Origin: Sulfuritalea sp.
GTDB taxonomy: Bacteria; Pseudomonadota; Gammaproteobacteria; Burkholderiales; Rhodocyclaceae
Direction of reading: 5' to 3'
DNA: 64,000 nt
Assembly (NCBI GenBank): GCA_030651305.1
Contig: JAUSCI010000073.1
Coordinates: 5,155-69,154, forward strand
In this document: positions 1 through 10,170 of the stretch, one piece after another
Position numbering within the stretch: the stretch's first letter is position 1
How the letters are laid out: every line of letters starts with the position of its first letter
Notes under the pieces: generated by a model
Databases searched by the model: none
Told to the model about the DNA's origin: nothing
The model's input: the letters and a program-made list of their open reading frames with translations, nothing else
Program-made: the position numbers and the translations under genes

Positions 1-349
1 CAGCCAGCGGAAGCTCGTGCGCTTCTTTTACGCCCGGCTCAAGAAAGGCGATGCGTTCGCCGTCGCAGCGCAGGAAGAGAACAAAGCCGAGGTCCGCATC
101 CGGCACATCGCCGGCAGCGACGGCGAGAAAGGCCGGCCCGGAAAGTTGCGCCAGGGCATGCGTCGGCAGCGCGGTCAATGCGACCTTGAAGCCCAGGGCC
201 TGAAAGGCCTCGATGACCGTTGTCCGGGTCTGCGGCGGAGGGAACTGCTGGGCCAGCAGGCGTGGATCGAAAGGCACGCGAAAAAGCTGGCAGGCGGCAC
301 CCGCCAGCCAGACGAACCCGCCCGCATCCAGAATCCCCTTTCCCGGCAC
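1..349 (-). CDS. N-terminal part of a peptidase(C39-like)-domain type I secretion ABC transporter (HlyB-like); runs off the window edge
   Basis: Not in the ORF track. GTG at 349 with GGAGG 5 nt upstream; open frame reads MPGKGILDAGGFVWLAGAACQLFRVPFDPRLLAQQFPPPQTRTTVIEAFQALGFK..., resembling the 'CQL.R.PFD..L..QQFPPP' N-terminus I recall from betaproteobacterial HlyB-like transporters. The ABC domain is outside the window. Confidence 0.55.
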   Translation of the reverse strand, partial: MPGKGILDAGGFVWLAGAACQLFRVPFDPRLLAQQFPPPQTRTTVIEAFQALGFKVALTALPTHALAQLSGPAFLAVAAGDVPDADLGFVLFLRCDGERIAFLEPGVKEAHELPLA

Positions 350-498
350 TGCTTCCTCCCCAAAGCTTCACTGCAGATTGCCTATCCATGCTTTTATGCA
401 AGCATTTTCTATTGTTATGATACGAATAGTGAAGGAGCGCGAATCGCCTGTCAATGACCATGAGCCGAAAGGGGTGTGGCGAGTGTCATGGCAACAAC

Positions 499-533
499 AA
501 AAAACCCGCAAAGCCTGTGGCAGTGCGGGTTTC
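499..533 (-). terminator. Rho-independent terminator downstream of tRNA-Pro
   Basis: Inverted repeat AAACCCGCA / TGCGGGTTT followed by a T-run on the minus strand, about 90 nt past the tRNA 3' end. Confidence 0.6.
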
Positions 534-625
534 TGTTTAGCAAGCGACTGCCGGCAACACAGTCGCGTTCGCCTGAGGTGCCTCACCTGCGAGCACGGCG
601 GAAAACGGACTTTCGGAAATGGAAT

Positions 626-702
626 TGGTCGGGGTGGAGGGATTCGAACTCTCGACATCTTGCTCCCAAAGCAAGCGCGCTACCGGGCTGCGCCACACCC
701 CG
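626..702 (-). tRNA. tRNA-Pro (anticodon UGG)
   Basis: Minus strand CGGGGTG TG GCGC AGCCCGGTA GCGC G CTTGC TT-TGG-GA GCAAG ATGTC GAGAG TTCGAAT CCCTC CACCCCG A CCA: 77-nt cloverleaf with encoded CCA. Confidence 0.97.
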
Positions 703-711
703 AACCGTGCG

Positions 712-741
712 ATTTTACCGAACCGGACAGGTCGCGGTCAA
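712..741 (-). promoter_or_regulatory. sigma70 promoter of tRNA-Pro
   Basis: TTGACC-18 bp-TAAAAT followed by a GC-rich discriminator (CGCACG), about 10 nt before the tRNA. Confidence 0.5.
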
Positions 742-838
742 TCACAGAACGCGCCACAGTATCGAAAATCGGGTTTCATTGGCGACCGGGTCCGGTCCTG
801 TCGAGTCAAGCGCCATGGCGGTCGCCGAAAACCAAGAC

Positions 839-867
839 TTGCGGTGATCCCTTGTTTCGTTTATAAA
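839..867 (+). promoter_or_regulatory. putative sigma70 promoter of dksA
   Basis: TTGCGG-17 bp-TATAAA, 31 nt upstream of the ATG. Confidence 0.4.
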
Positions 868-898
868 GCCGGTTCTCCGAAATTACGGACTCGTCGCA

Positions 899-1327
899 AT
901 GACTGAAGATCTGCTGCACAAGAAGCTCTTCCCCTCCTATACGCCGAAGAAGGGTGAGGCCTACATGAGCGCGAAACAGTTCGCTCACTTTCGCTCGATT
1001 CTGGCTTCACTCAAGGACGAATTGAGCGAGGATATCGAGCGCACCGTACATACCATGCAGGACGAGGCCACCGTGTTCGCCGATCCGAATGACCGCGCCA
1101 GCCAGGAGTCCGACATTGCACTCGAATTGCGCAACCGCGACCGCGAGCGCAAACTGATCAAGAAGATTGACGAATCGATTGCCCGCATCGAAAGCGGCGA
1201 GTACGGCTACTGCGATTCCTGCGGGGTCGAGATCGGCCTCAAGCGTCTTGAGGCGCGTCCCACCGCCACGCTGTGCATCGACTGCAAGACGCTGGAAGAA
1301 CACCGCGAAAGGCAAGTCGGCAAGTAG
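899..1327 (+). CDS. dksA: RNA polymerase-binding transcription factor DksA
   Basis: DPNDRASQE coiled-coil tip and C4 zinc finger (CDSC...CIDC). Confidence 0.96.
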   Translation: MTEDLLHKKLFPSYTPKKGEAYMSAKQFAHFRSILASLKDELSEDIERTVHTMQDEATVFADPNDRASQESDIALELRNRDRERKLIKKIDESIARIESGEYGYCDSCGVEIGLKRLEARPTATLCIDCKTLEEHRERQVGK

Positions 1328-1348
1328 GCAATCGGCAAACGCAGCCAC

Positions 1349-1384
1349 CAACAAAAAGGGACGCCGCGGCGTCCCTTTTTGTTG
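1349..1384. terminator. Bidirectional terminator between convergent dksA and pnp
   Basis: Perfect 36-bp palindrome CAACAAAAAGGGACGCCG-CGGCGTCCCTTTTTGTTG with T-runs on both strands. Confidence 0.85.
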
Positions 1385-1399
1385 CCTGCAAACGGAGGC

Positions 1400-3517
1400 C
1401 TATTCGGCCACGGCGGCGGGCGCCGCCGGTGCTGCAGCGATGGCCTTCATCGACAGCCGCACACGCCCCTTGTCGTCGGTCTCGATGACCTTGACCTTCA
1501 CTATCTGGCCTTCCTTGAGGTAATCGGCGACGGCATTCACCCGCTCGTTGGCGATCTGCGAAATGTGCAGCAGGCCATCCTTGCCCGGCAGCAGGCTGAC
1601 GATGGCGCCAAAATCCAGCAGGCGCAGCACCGTGCCTTCGTAGATGCGACCGACTTCGACTTCGGCGGTGATGTCTTCGATGCGCTTCTTGGCTACTTGC
1701 GCGGCATCGGCATTGACCGAGGAAATGGTGATCGAGCCGTCGTCTTCGATATCGATCACGCAACCGGTTTCTTCGGTCAGCGCACGGATCACGGCGCCGC
1801 CCTTGCCGATCACGTCACGAATCTTTTCCGGGTTGATCTTGATGTGGATCATGCGCGGCGCGAAGGTGGACACTTCTTCGCGATGACCGGTCATGGAGGC
1901 CTTCATTATTTCCAGGATATGCAAACGCGCTTCCTTGGCCTGGGCCAGCGCCACCTGCATGATTTCCTTGGTGATGCCCTGAATCTTGATGTCCATTTGC
2001 AGGGCGGTGATGCCGTTTTCGGTGCCGGCCACCTTGAAGTCCATGTCGCCGAGGTGATCCTCGTCGCCCAGAATGTCGGTCAGCACGGCAAAGCGCGGGC
2101 CGTCCTTGATCAGGCCCATGGCGATGCCCGCCACGTGCGCCTTGAGCGGTACGCCGGCATCCATCAGGGCCAGCGATCCGCCGCAGACGGAAGCCATCGA
2201 CGACGAACCGTTCGACTCGGTGATTTCGGAGACGATGCGCATCGAGTAGCCAAAGTCCTCCGGCGAGGGCAGCACTGCCAGCAGTGCGCGCTTGGCGAGG
2301 CGACCATGGCCGATTTCGCGGCGCTTCGGCGTACCGACGCGGCCTGTCTCGCCGGTGGCATAGGGAGGCATGTTGTAGTGAAGCATGAAGCGATCGCGAT
2401 ACTCGCCCTGCAGCGCGTCGATGATCTGCTCGTCGCGCCCGGTGCCGAGCGTGGCGACCACCATTGCCTGCGTTTCGCCGCGCGTGAACAACGCCGAACC
2501 GTGAGTACGCGGCAGGACGCCGTTGCGGATGACAATCGGGCGCACGGTGCGCGTATCGCGGCCGTCGATGCGCGGTTCGCCGTTGAGAATCTGGCTGCGG
2601 ACAATCTTCGCTTCCAGATCGAATACGGTATTGCCGACGAGGTTGGAGTCCGGTGCGTTCTCGATACCTTCAGTCAGCGCCGCAATGGTCTTCTTGGTGA
2701 TTTCGCGGGTCTTGACGGTGCGGGCCTGCTTGCTGGTGATGCGGTAGGCCTCGCGCAGTTCGGCCTCGGCCAGTTCGGCCACCTTCGCGATCAGCGGCTC
2801 GTTCTTGGCCGGCGGCTGCCAGTCCCATTCGGGTTTGCCGGCAACTTCCACCAGTTCGTTGATGGCCTTGATCGCGGCCTGCATCTGGTCGTGGCCAAAC
2901 ACCACGGCGCCCAGCATGATTTCTTCGGAAAGCTGTTGCGCCTCGGACTCGACCATCAGCACGGCGCCTTCGGTACCGGCAACCACCAGATTCAGTTGCG
3001 CGCTTTCCAGTTGGGTCTTGGTCGGGCACAGCACGTACTTGCCATCGATGTAGCCGACACGGGCGGCACCGATCGGGCCGCTGAACGGAATGCCGGAAAT
3101 CGCCATCGCGGCCGATGCGCCGAGCATCGCCGGAATATCCGGATCGATTTCCGGGTTGCACGACATCACGGTGCACACCACCTGTACTTCATTGTAGAAA
3201 GCGTCGGGAAACAGCGGGCGCAGCGGACGATCGATCAGGCGGCAGGTGAGAATTTCCTTCTCGGACGGACGTCCTTCGCGCTTGAAGAAGCCTCCGGGGA
3301 TGCGGCCGGCGGCGTAGGAGCGCTCCTGATAATCGACGGTCAGCGGGAAAAAATCCTGTCCCGGCTTGGCGTTCCGTGCGCCGACCACGGTGGCCAACAC
3401 GACAGTGTCATCCATGGTGACCATGACGGCACCACCCGCCTGGCGGGCGATTTCGGCTGTTTCAAGGGTAACCGTATGGTCACCGTAGGCAAAACTCTTC
3501 TTGATTGGATTCAGCAC
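1400..3517 (-). CDS. pnp: Polyribonucleotide nucleotidyltransferase (PNPase)
   Basis: Two RNase PH domains ([22 protein letters not shown]), KH and S1 domains. Start placed at GTG 3517 behind an AAAGGA SD rather than TTG 3535. Confidence 0.97.
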   Translation of the reverse strand: MLNPIKKSFAYGDHTVTLETAEIARQAGGAVMVTMDDTVVLATVVGARNAKPGQDFFPLTVDYQERSYAAGRIPGGFFKREGRPSEKEILTCRLIDRPLRPLFPDAFYNEVQVVCTVMSCNPEIDPDIPAMLGASAAMAISGIPFSGPIGAARVGYIDGKYVLCPTKTQLESAQLNLVVAGTEGAVLMVESEAQQLSEEIMLGAVVFGHDQMQAAIKAINELVEVAGKPEWDWQPPAKNEPLIAKVAELAEAELREAYRITSKQARTVKTREITKKTIAALTEGIENAPDSNLVGNTVFDLEAKIVRSQILNGEPRIDGRDTRTVRPIVIRNGVLPRTHGSALFTRGETQAMVVATLGTGRDEQIIDALQGEYRDRFMLHYNMPPYATGETGRVGTPKRREIGHGRLAKRALLAVLPSPEDFGYSMRIVSEITESNGSSSMASVCGGSLALMDAGVPLKAHVAGIAMGLIKDGPRFAVLTDILGDEDHLGDMDFKVAGTENGITALQMDIKIQGITKEIMQVALAQAKEARLHILEIMKASMTGHREEVSTFAPRMIHIKINPEKIRDVIGKGGAVIRALTEETGCVIDIEDDGSITISSVNADAAQVAKKRIEDITAEVEVGRIYEGTVLRLLDFGAIVSLLPGKDGLLHISQIANERVNAVADYLKEGQIVKVKVIETDDKGRVRLSMKAIAAAPAAPAAVAE

Positions 3518-3536
3518 AATATTTCCTTTCGGCAAT

Positions 3537-3573
3537 AAATAAAAGCCGGCACAGCCATCATGGCTGTGCCGGC
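3537..3573 (-). terminator. Terminator/attenuator-like hairpin between rpsO and pnp
   Basis: 13-bp stem GCCGGCACAGCCA / TGGCTGTGCCGGC with a 3-nt loop, then TTTTATTT on the minus strand. Confidence 0.65.
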
Positions 3574-3653
3574 CTGTTCAGCATGCCTGCGCAGTATCTG
3601 AAGCAAAGCGCATAGCGCGTTTTGGATAAGCTGGGGCGGCGCCTGATAAAAAA

Positions 3654-3923
3654 CTACTTGCGCAGGCCAAGACGCTCGATCAGCGAGCGATAGCCGTCGA
3701 CATTCCTGCGTTTCAGGTAATCCAGCATCTTGCGGCGCTGGCTGACCATCATGAGCAGGCCGCGACGTGAATGGTGATCCTTGGTATGCGCCTTGAAATG
3801 ACCCGTCAAGTCGTTGATGCGGGCGGTGAGAAGCGCCACCTGGACTTCGGGGGAGCCGGTGTCACCCTGCGCGCGCTGGTAGTCGGTGACGATCTTGGCT
3901 TTGTCGGTTGTGGAAATTGCCAT
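3654..3923 (-). CDS. rpsO: 30S ribosomal protein S15
   Basis: [13 protein letters not shown]...[10 protein letters not shown] motif; 89 aa; position upstream of pnp. Confidence 0.98.
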   Translation of the reverse strand: MAISTTDKAKIVTDYQRAQGDTGSPEVQVALLTARINDLTGHFKAHTKDHHSRRGLLMMVSQRRKMLDYLKRRNVDGYRSLIERLGLRK

Positions 3924-4024
3924 TATGGGTTCCTTGCTGATCCTGTGATATTGGGCTCTTGGAGAACCATGGATTATAGCGTTCCAATTGCATTCTAATC
4001 AAGCATTAAGAGCTATTTCGTCGC

Positions 4025-4954
4025 TCAGGGGCCGGCGACAAGCCGTTGCGGTTGCAGCCATCCGTCCGCAGCTTGCCGGCAAACACCGATGAAGCGGTGT
4101 TCAGGGTCAAAAACGCGCAGACGGGACCCTTCCTCGGCCGACCAGCGAACCGCCTGCCCATGCCTCAAACGCGTCGCATCGGCGATGTCCAGCCGGACTT
4201 CGGCCAGCCCGTCCAACAGGGAATCGGGTGGCAACAGCAAGGCATCGCGCGCTTCGCCTGTCAGTACTTCGAGCGCTGCCAGCGAATGGGCATCGGCGAC
4301 ATCAAGCTCGCCGATGCCGGTGCGGCGCAAGGCGGCCAGATGCGCGCCGCAGCCGAGGCGATCGCCAATGTCGGCGGCCAGAGTTCTGACGTAGGTTCCC
4401 TTGCTGCACCGGACCTCAAAAACAAAGCGCCCATGGCTCAGGTCATCACCCCCGTCAAGCAAGCGCGACTCGTGGATATGAATGCGACGCGGCGCCCGCT
4501 CCACTTCGATGCCGGCACGGGCGTATGCGTAGAGAGGTTTGCCATCGCGCTTCAATGCCGAATACATCGGCGGCACTTGTTCAATTTCGCCGACGAAGGC
4601 AGCCAGCGCAGCCTCGACATCCGAGCGAACGACCTCTACCGGACGAGACTCCAGCACGGCGCCTTCGGCATCAGCCGTGTCGGTGGTGACGCCGAGTTGC
4701 ACCGTCGCCACATAACGCTTGTCGGCATTGAGCAACTCGCCGGAGAACTTGGTCGCCTCGCCAAAACACAGGGGCAGAAGTCCGGTCGCGAGGGGGTCGA
4801 GCGTTCCGGTATGTCCGGCCTTTTCGGCACGATAGAGACTGCGGGCGGCTTGCAGCGCACGATTCGACGAGAGGCCGAGAGCCTTGTCCAGCAGCAGCAC
4901 GCCGTCGAGCGGGCGCCGCAAGATCTTGACAGCTTGGCGACGCGGCGCCTTCAC
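4025..4954 (-). CDS. truB: tRNA pseudouridine(55) synthase
   Basis: KAGHTGTLDPLATGLL and CSKGTYVRTLA motifs; follows rbfA. Confidence 0.96.
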   Translation of the reverse strand: MKAPRRQAVKILRRPLDGVLLLDKALGLSSNRALQAARSLYRAEKAGHTGTLDPLATGLLPLCFGEATKFSGELLNADKRYVATVQLGVTTDTADAEGAVLESRPVEVVRSDVEAALAAFVGEIEQVPPMYSALKRDGKPLYAYARAGIEVERAPRRIHIHESRLLDGGDDLSHGRFVFEVRCSKGTYVRTLAADIGDRLGCGAHLAALRRTGIGELDVADAHSLAALEVLTGEARDALLLPPDSLLDGLAEVRLDIADATRLRHGQAVRWSAEEGSRLRVFDPEHRFIGVCRQAADGWLQPQRLVAGP

Positions 4955-4962
4955 TCGCGCCT

Positions 4963-5364
4963 TCAGTCTTCTTGCGGCTTTTTGTCGGATTCGACCGCCT
5001 CGTCGATCAACTTCGAGAGGCGCGCGCCCTCCTGCACAGAGGGATCGAAGACAAAATGCAGTTCGGGAATATGATGAATGCGGATCCGGCGACCCAGCTC
5101 GCGACGCAGGAAACTGGCGGAATGCTTGAGCCCCTCGTCGATCATCTGGTTGGCAGCGGGGTCCGCCAGCGACGTGTAGAAGACCTTGGCATGCGCATAG
5201 TCGGCAGTAACTTCGACACCGGTCAGCGTCACCAGCGTCAGCTTGGGCGCGATGCGCAAGTCCTTGAGATGAAACCGCAGCAGATCCGCCAGTTCGCGGC
5301 GGATCTGCTCCGAAACGCGGTCAGCGCGCGAGTAACCATGACCTGCGCCGCGCTTCATTGCCAT
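4963..5364 (-). CDS. rbfA: 30S ribosome-binding factor RbfA
   Basis: RADRVSEQIRRELA...IPELHFVFDPS; between infB and truB. Confidence 0.95.
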   Translation of the reverse strand: MAMKRGAGHGYSRADRVSEQIRRELADLLRFHLKDLRIAPKLTLVTLTGVEVTADYAHAKVFYTSLADPAANQMIDEGLKHSASFLRRELGRRIRIHHIPELHFVFDPSVQEGARLSKLIDEAVESDKKPQED

Positions 5365-5371
5365 TACCGGA

Positions 5372-8065
5372 TCAGAGCAGCGACCGGGCGATTTCCTGGA
5401 TCTCGAACACTTCGAGTTGATCGCCTTCGTTGATGTCGTTGAAGTTCTTCAGGCTCAATCCGCACTCAAAGCCTTCCTTGACCTCGCGCACGTCGTCCTT
5501 GAAACGCTTGAGCGAATCCAATTCGCCGGTGTGCACCACGGTATTGTTGCGCAGCAGTCGCACCGAGGCATTGCGCTTGACGAGGCCGGACAACACCATG
5601 CAGCCGGCGACAGCGCCAATCCGGGAAATGCGGAATACCTGGCGAATTTCGACCAGGCCGAGAATGACCTCTTTCTTCTCCGGCGCCAGCATGCCGGACA
5701 GGGCGGCCTTCACCTCATCCACCACCGCATAGATGATGTTGTAGTAGCGGATATCGACACCGAGGCTTTCGGCAGCCTTGCGCGCGCCGACGTCGGCACG
5801 GGTATTGAAGCCGATGACCACGGCCTTCGAGGCAGCGGCCAGGTTGATGTCGGATTCGCTGATGCCGCCGACGCCGGCGTGAACCACCATGACCTTGACT
5901 TCGCCGGTCGACAGTTTGTTGAGGGACTGCACCAGGGCTTCCTGCGAACCTTGCACGTCGGCCTTTATGATCAGCGGCAGGGTCCTGACCTCGCCTTCGG
6001 CCATCTGCTCGAACATGTTCTCCAGCTTTGCCGCCTGCTGCTTGGCCAGTTTGACGTCGCGGAACTTGCCCTGGCGGAACAGTGCGATTTCGCGCGCCTT
6101 GCGCTCGTCGAGGAGGACCATGCCTTCGTCGCCGGCAGCCGGCACATCAGTGAGGCCCTGAATCTCCACCGGAATCGAGGGGCCTGCCGAATCGACCGGC
6201 TTGCCGTTCTCATCGAGCATGGCGCGGACGCGGCCGAACACGGCGCCCGCCAGCAGCACGTCGCCGCGGCGCAGCGTTCCGGACAGCACCAGAATGGTCG
6301 CCACCGGGCCACGGCCCTTGTCCAGACGCGCTTCGATCACCAGACCCTTGGCGGGAGCCTCCACCGGAGCCACAAGCTCCAGCACTTCGGCCTGCAGCAG
6401 CACCTGCTCCAGCAAGGCGTCGATGCCTTCTCCGGTCTTGGCCGAGACACCGACAAAGGGCGCGTCGCCACCGTATTCTTCCGGTACCACACCTTCGGCA
6501 ACCAGTTCCTGCTTCACCCGTTCCAGATTCGCATCGGGCTTGTCGATCTTGGTCACCGCCACAATCAGCGGCACGTTGGCCGCCTTGGCATGGGCAATGG
6601 CTTCCTTGGTCTGCGGCATCACGCCGTCATCGGCCGCCACCACCAGAATCACCAGGTCGGTCGCCTTGGCGCCGCGGGCGCGCATCGCCGTGAAGGCCTC
6701 GTGGCCCGGAGTGTCGAGGAAGGTGATCATGCCGCGCGGCGTTTCGACGTGATAGGCGCCGATGTGCTGCGTGATGCCGCCGGCCTCGCCGTGTGCGACG
6801 CGACTCTTGCGGATGTAGTCGAGGAGGGATGTCTTGCCGTGGTCGACGTGACCCATGACGGTAACCACAGGAGCGCGCGGCAGCTGCACTGCATCCTTGT
6901 GCTCGCCTTCGTCGGCGAGGAATGCATCCGGATCGTCGAGCTTTGCCGCGAAAGCCAAATGGCCCATTTCCTCGACCACGATCATCGCCGTTTCCTGATC
7001 GAGCACTTGATTGATGGTGACCATCGATCCCATCTTCATCAGCGTCTTGATGACTTCCGTGGCCTTGACGGTCATTTTGTGCGCCAATTCGGCCACCGAG
7101 ATCGTCTCCGGCACATGCACTTCGCGAACGATAGCCTCGACCGGCTGCTGCACCGGCGCGTCCTCGGCATGACCGTGACGGCCATGACGTCCACCCCCCT
7201 TGGAACCGCGCCAGCCCGACGTGCCCGCATCGCCACGGGTCTTGATCGCACGCCGCTTGGCGGCGTCATCCTTCCATGCATCCTTCTTCGCTGCTTTGGC
7301 TTTGCCGTCTTCCGGCTTGGCTGCCGGCTTGTGGATGGTGCCGGACACACCGGCAGCCGCAGCGGCCTCCTTGGCCTTCTTTGCCTCGGCAGCAACCAGT
7401 GCCGCCTGTGCCTCGGCCACGCGCGCATCGGCCTCGGCACGAACCCTGGCTTCGCGATCGGCCTTCTCCTTGAACTCGGCCGCCTGAATCGCGGAGAGCT
7501 TGCCCTGACGCTTGGTTTCCGCCTCACGCAATGCCCGCTGCGCCGGATCAATCACCGACTTCGGCGCTGTCACCGGCTTCACGGCCGGCGCTTCAACCAC
7601 GGCAGCCACCACCATCGGGGCCTCTACAGGCGGAAGCTCTGCCACCGCCGCAACCGCGGCAACGGGCGCCGCTTCGGCAACAGGAGCGGGAGCCACGACA
7701 ACGGCAGGTTCAACCACGGCAAGCTCAGCCTGCACTTCAGCGGCGGTTTCTGACGCCAATTCATTGGGATCGCGCTTGACGAATACACGCTTCTTGCGTA
7801 CTTCGACCTGGATCGTGCGCGCCTTACCGGTGGAGTCCGAGGCCCTGATCTCGCTGGTTTTCTTTCGCGTCAGGGTGATCTTGGCTTTGGGCGCGGCATC
7901 GCCGTGCGACTTGCGCAGATAGTCAAGCAACCGTGTCTTGTCCTGCTCCGACACGGGATCATTGGACTCCTGCTTGCTGACGCCAGCCTTGGCCAGTTGC
8001 TCCAGCAGGGTCGGCGCCGGCATTTTCAGCTCGGTCGCGAATTGGGAAACAGTCATCAAAGCCAT
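5372..8065 (-). CDS. infB: Translation initiation factor IF-2
   Basis: [20 protein letters not shown] and KIDK GTPase motifs. Start placed at ATG 8065 (GAGG SD) to avoid overlap with nusA. Confidence 0.97.
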   Translation of the reverse strand: MALMTVSQFATELKMPAPTLLEQLAKAGVSKQESNDPVSEQDKTRLLDYLRKSHGDAAPKAKITLTRKKTSEIRASDSTGKARTIQVEVRKKRVFVKRDPNELASETAAEVQAELAVVEPAVVVAPAPVAEAAPVAAVAAVAELPPVEAPMVVAAVVEAPAVKPVTAPKSVIDPAQRALREAETKRQGKLSAIQAAEFKEKADREARVRAEADARVAEAQAALVAAEAKKAKEAAAAAGVSGTIHKPAAKPEDGKAKAAKKDAWKDDAAKRRAIKTRGDAGTSGWRGSKGGGRHGRHGHAEDAPVQQPVEAIVREVHVPETISVAELAHKMTVKATEVIKTLMKMGSMVTINQVLDQETAMIVVEEMGHLAFAAKLDDPDAFLADEGEHKDAVQLPRAPVVTVMGHVDHGKTSLLDYIRKSRVAHGEAGGITQHIGAYHVETPRGMITFLDTPGHEAFTAMRARGAKATDLVILVVAADDGVMPQTKEAIAHAKAANVPLIVAVTKIDKPDANLERVKQELVAEGVVPEEYGGDAPFVGVSAKTGEGIDALLEQVLLQAEVLELVAPVEAPAKGLVIEARLDKGRGPVATILVLSGTLRRGDVLLAGAVFGRVRAMLDENGKPVDSAGPSIPVEIQGLTDVPAAGDEGMVLLDERKAREIALFRQGKFRDVKLAKQQAAKLENMFEQMAEGEVRTLPLIIKADVQGSQEALVQSLNKLSTGEVKVMVVHAGVGGISESDINLAAASKAVVIGFNTRADVGARKAAESLGVDIRYYNIIYAVVDEVKAALSGMLAPEKKEVILGLVEIRQVFRISRIGAVAGCMVLSGLVKRNASVRLLRNNTVVHTGELDSLKRFKDDVREVKEGFECGLSLKNFNDINEGDQLEVFEIQEIARSLL

Positions 8066-8075
8066 GCCGTACCTC

Positions 8076-9557
8076 TCATTCTTCTTCGGCGAACCAATGG
8101 GCACGCGCAACAGTGATCAGCGCCGTCGCCCGTCCGACATCGATGCCGGTCATTTCAGTCAACTCGTCGGTCGCCAGGTCCGCCAGCGAATCGCGGTCGG
8201 TAACGCCGTTCTTGGCCAGTTTCGCCGCCAGCGACTTGTCCATGCCCTCGAGCGACAGCAAATCATCGGCGACCTTGTCCATCTGTTCTTCATCGACGAT
8301 GGCTTCGGTCAGCAAGACGTTGCGTGCGCGCTCGCGCAACTCGGTCACCGTCGCCTCGTCGAAGGCGTCGATTTCGAGCATTTCCGCGAGCGGAACGTAG
8401 GCGATTTCCTCAAGCGAGGAGAAACCTTCCTCGATCAGGATGTTGGCAACTTCCTCGTCGACGTCGAGCTTGGCGATGAACAGGGCGCGGATCGAACCAT
8501 GTTCGGATTCCGACTTCGTCTGCGACTCTTCGATGGTCATCAGATTGATCGTCCAGCCGGTCAGCTCGGAGGCCAGACGCACATTCTGTCCGCCGCGACC
8601 AATGGCGATGGCCAGGTTGTCCTCATCGACCACCACGTCCATGGCGTGCTTCTCTTCGTCGACGACGATGCTCTGCACCTCGGCCGGCGCCAGGGCGCCG
8701 ATGACGAACTGGGCCGGGTCGGCGGACCACAGAATGATGTCCACGCGTTCGCCGGAAAGCTCGTTGGTCACGGCCGTGACACGCGAACCACGCATGCCGA
8801 CGCAAGTGCCGATCGGATCGACGCGCGGATCATTCGACTTGACGGCAATCTTGGCGCGCATGCCGGCATCGCGGGCGGCGGCCTTGATTTCGAGCAGGCC
8901 GTCCTCTATTTCGGGCACTTCCAGTTCGAACAGCTTCATGATGAACTCGGGCGCGGTGCGCGACAGGATAAGTTGCGGGCCTCTCGCCTGACGATCGATT
9001 TTCATCAGCCAGGCTCGCACGCGGTCGCCGGGGCGCAGGTTTTCCTTGGGGATCATCTGATCGCGCGGCAAGAGGGCCTCGATACGCCCGGCCTCGATAA
9101 TGGCGCTGCCGCGCTCCATGCGCTTGACGGTGCCGCTGACGAGGAACTCCTTGCGGTCCAGAAAATCATTCAGCAACTGCTCGCGCTCGGCATCGCGAAT
9201 CTTCTGCAGGATCACCTGCTTTGCCGCCTGCGCGCCGATGCGCCCGAAATCGATGGGCTCAAGCGCCTCCTCGATGAAGTCTTCGAGCACGATGTCAGGA
9301 ATCTGCTGTTGCGCGCCAGTAAGGCTGATCTGCTGTTCCGGATTCTCGACCATGTCATCGGCGACCACCAGCCAGCGGCGGAACGACTCGAATTCCCCGG
9401 TCTCGCGATCTATGTCCACGCGCACATCGGCTTCGTCGTTGGTGCGCTTTTTTGTCGCGGACGCCAACGCCATTTCAAGGGCGCCAAAGACGATGTCCCG
9501 CGGAACATTCTTCTCGCGGGCCAGGGCATCGACCAACAGCAGCAATTCACGGCTCAT
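8076..9557 (-). CDS. nusA: Transcription termination/antitermination factor NusA
   Basis: [19 protein letters not shown]-terminus, S1/KH domains ([24 protein letters not shown]), acidic C-terminal repeats. Confidence 0.97.
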   Translation of the reverse strand: MSRELLLLVDALAREKNVPRDIVFGALEMALASATKKRTNDEADVRVDIDRETGEFESFRRWLVVADDMVENPEQQISLTGAQQQIPDIVLEDFIEEALEPIDFGRIGAQAAKQVILQKIRDAEREQLLNDFLDRKEFLVSGTVKRMERGSAIIEAGRIEALLPRDQMIPKENLRPGDRVRAWLMKIDRQARGPQLILSRTAPEFIMKLFELEVPEIEDGLLEIKAAARDAGMRAKIAVKSNDPRVDPIGTCVGMRGSRVTAVTNELSGERVDIILWSADPAQFVIGALAPAEVQSIVVDEEKHAMDVVVDEDNLAIAIGRGGQNVRLASELTGWTINLMTIEESQTKSESEHGSIRALFIAKLDVDEEVANILIEEGFSSLEEIAYVPLAEMLEIDAFDEATVTELRERARNVLLTEAIVDEEQMDKVADDLLSLEGMDKSLAAKLAKNGVTDRDSLADLATDELTEMTGIDVGRATALITVARAHWFAEEE

Positions 9558-9576
9558 GTGAGTCCTCCAGCATTAA

Positions 9577-10032
9577 TCAGAACTTAGGCACCAGGCGCGC
9601 CCGATCGATATTCTCGAGCGCGAACTGCTGCAGTGTTTCATTCATTCGCAGACACACGACTTCAATTCCACCTTCTTCCCGCAATCCTTCCAGCACGCCG
9701 CTGAAATTGCGCTGGTTTCCCAGCGGAACGCGCAGCTTCAGCTGTACTTCCTGCCCGGCGAAACGCCGGTAGTCGGCAGGCTTGACGAGCACGCGATCGA
9801 GTCCGGGAGAAGAGACTTCAAGACGGTCATAGTCGACGTTCTCGACCATGAACACGCGGCTGAGCTGGCTGCTCACCGCCGCACAATCTTCGACGCTGAT
9901 GCCGCTTTTTGGCGCATTTTCCGGCTTGTCGATAAAGACGCGCAGCAGCCGGGCGCGCGGACTGGTCTCGAATTCCACCAGTTCGTATCCCAAGCCAGCA
10001 ACAGTCGTCTCAATCAAATCAATCAGTTGCAT
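9577..10032 (-). CDS. rimP: Ribosome maturation factor RimP
   Basis: LRVFID...ISVEDCAAVS...LEVSSPGLDR; first gene of the nusA-infB operon. Confidence 0.95.
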   Translation of the reverse strand: MQLIDLIETTVAGLGYELVEFETSPRARLLRVFIDKPENAPKSGISVEDCAAVSSQLSRVFMVENVDYDRLEVSSPGLDRVLVKPADYRRFAGQEVQLKLRVPLGNQRNFSGVLEGLREEGGIEVVCLRMNETLQQFALENIDRARLVPKF

Positions 10033-10069
10033 GAAAACTCACAAACTCGCCACACAAATACAGCGCACA

Positions 10070-10097
10070 AATAGAAAATGGGCCAAAAAGCCCATTC
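10070..10097 (-). promoter_or_regulatory. rimP-leader-type short attenuator hairpin
   Basis: Minus strand AATGGGC-TTTTTG-GCCCATT-TTCTATTT about 40 nt before the rimP ATG; matches the GGGC...GCCC + U-run leader known upstream of rimP-nusA. Confidence 0.6.
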
Positions 10098-10140
10098 ATT
10101 TCTTCTCTGTCCCGAGAACGGTGCCAACCAAAACCAGAAG

Positions 10141-10170
10141 ATTATAGCAGAGGCATCATTTCTCTGCCAA
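10141..10170 (-). promoter_or_regulatory. sigma70 promoter of the rimP-nusA-infB operon
   Basis: TTGGCA-18 bp-TATAAT with an extended -10 (TGc-TATAAT). Confidence 0.6.

Noticed and set aside
471-481. GGGGTGTGGCG matching the tRNA-Pro 5' end in inverted orientation
   Set aside because: Only 11 bp, wrong end and orientation for an att site; no copy of the tRNA 3' end was seen in the window.
3924-3972. S15 autoregulatory pseudoknot in the rpsO leader
   Set aside because: Only a 5-bp GGTTC/GAACC pairing near the SD is evident, which is insufficient to call the structure.
1379-9587. Very long antisense ORFs opposite pnp, infB and nusA (719, 778 and 549 aa), and similar ones opposite abmA, parC, hom and ETF-QO
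   Set aside because: Expected shadow frames of high-GC codon bias; no recognisable motifs, and each fully overlaps a confident gene.
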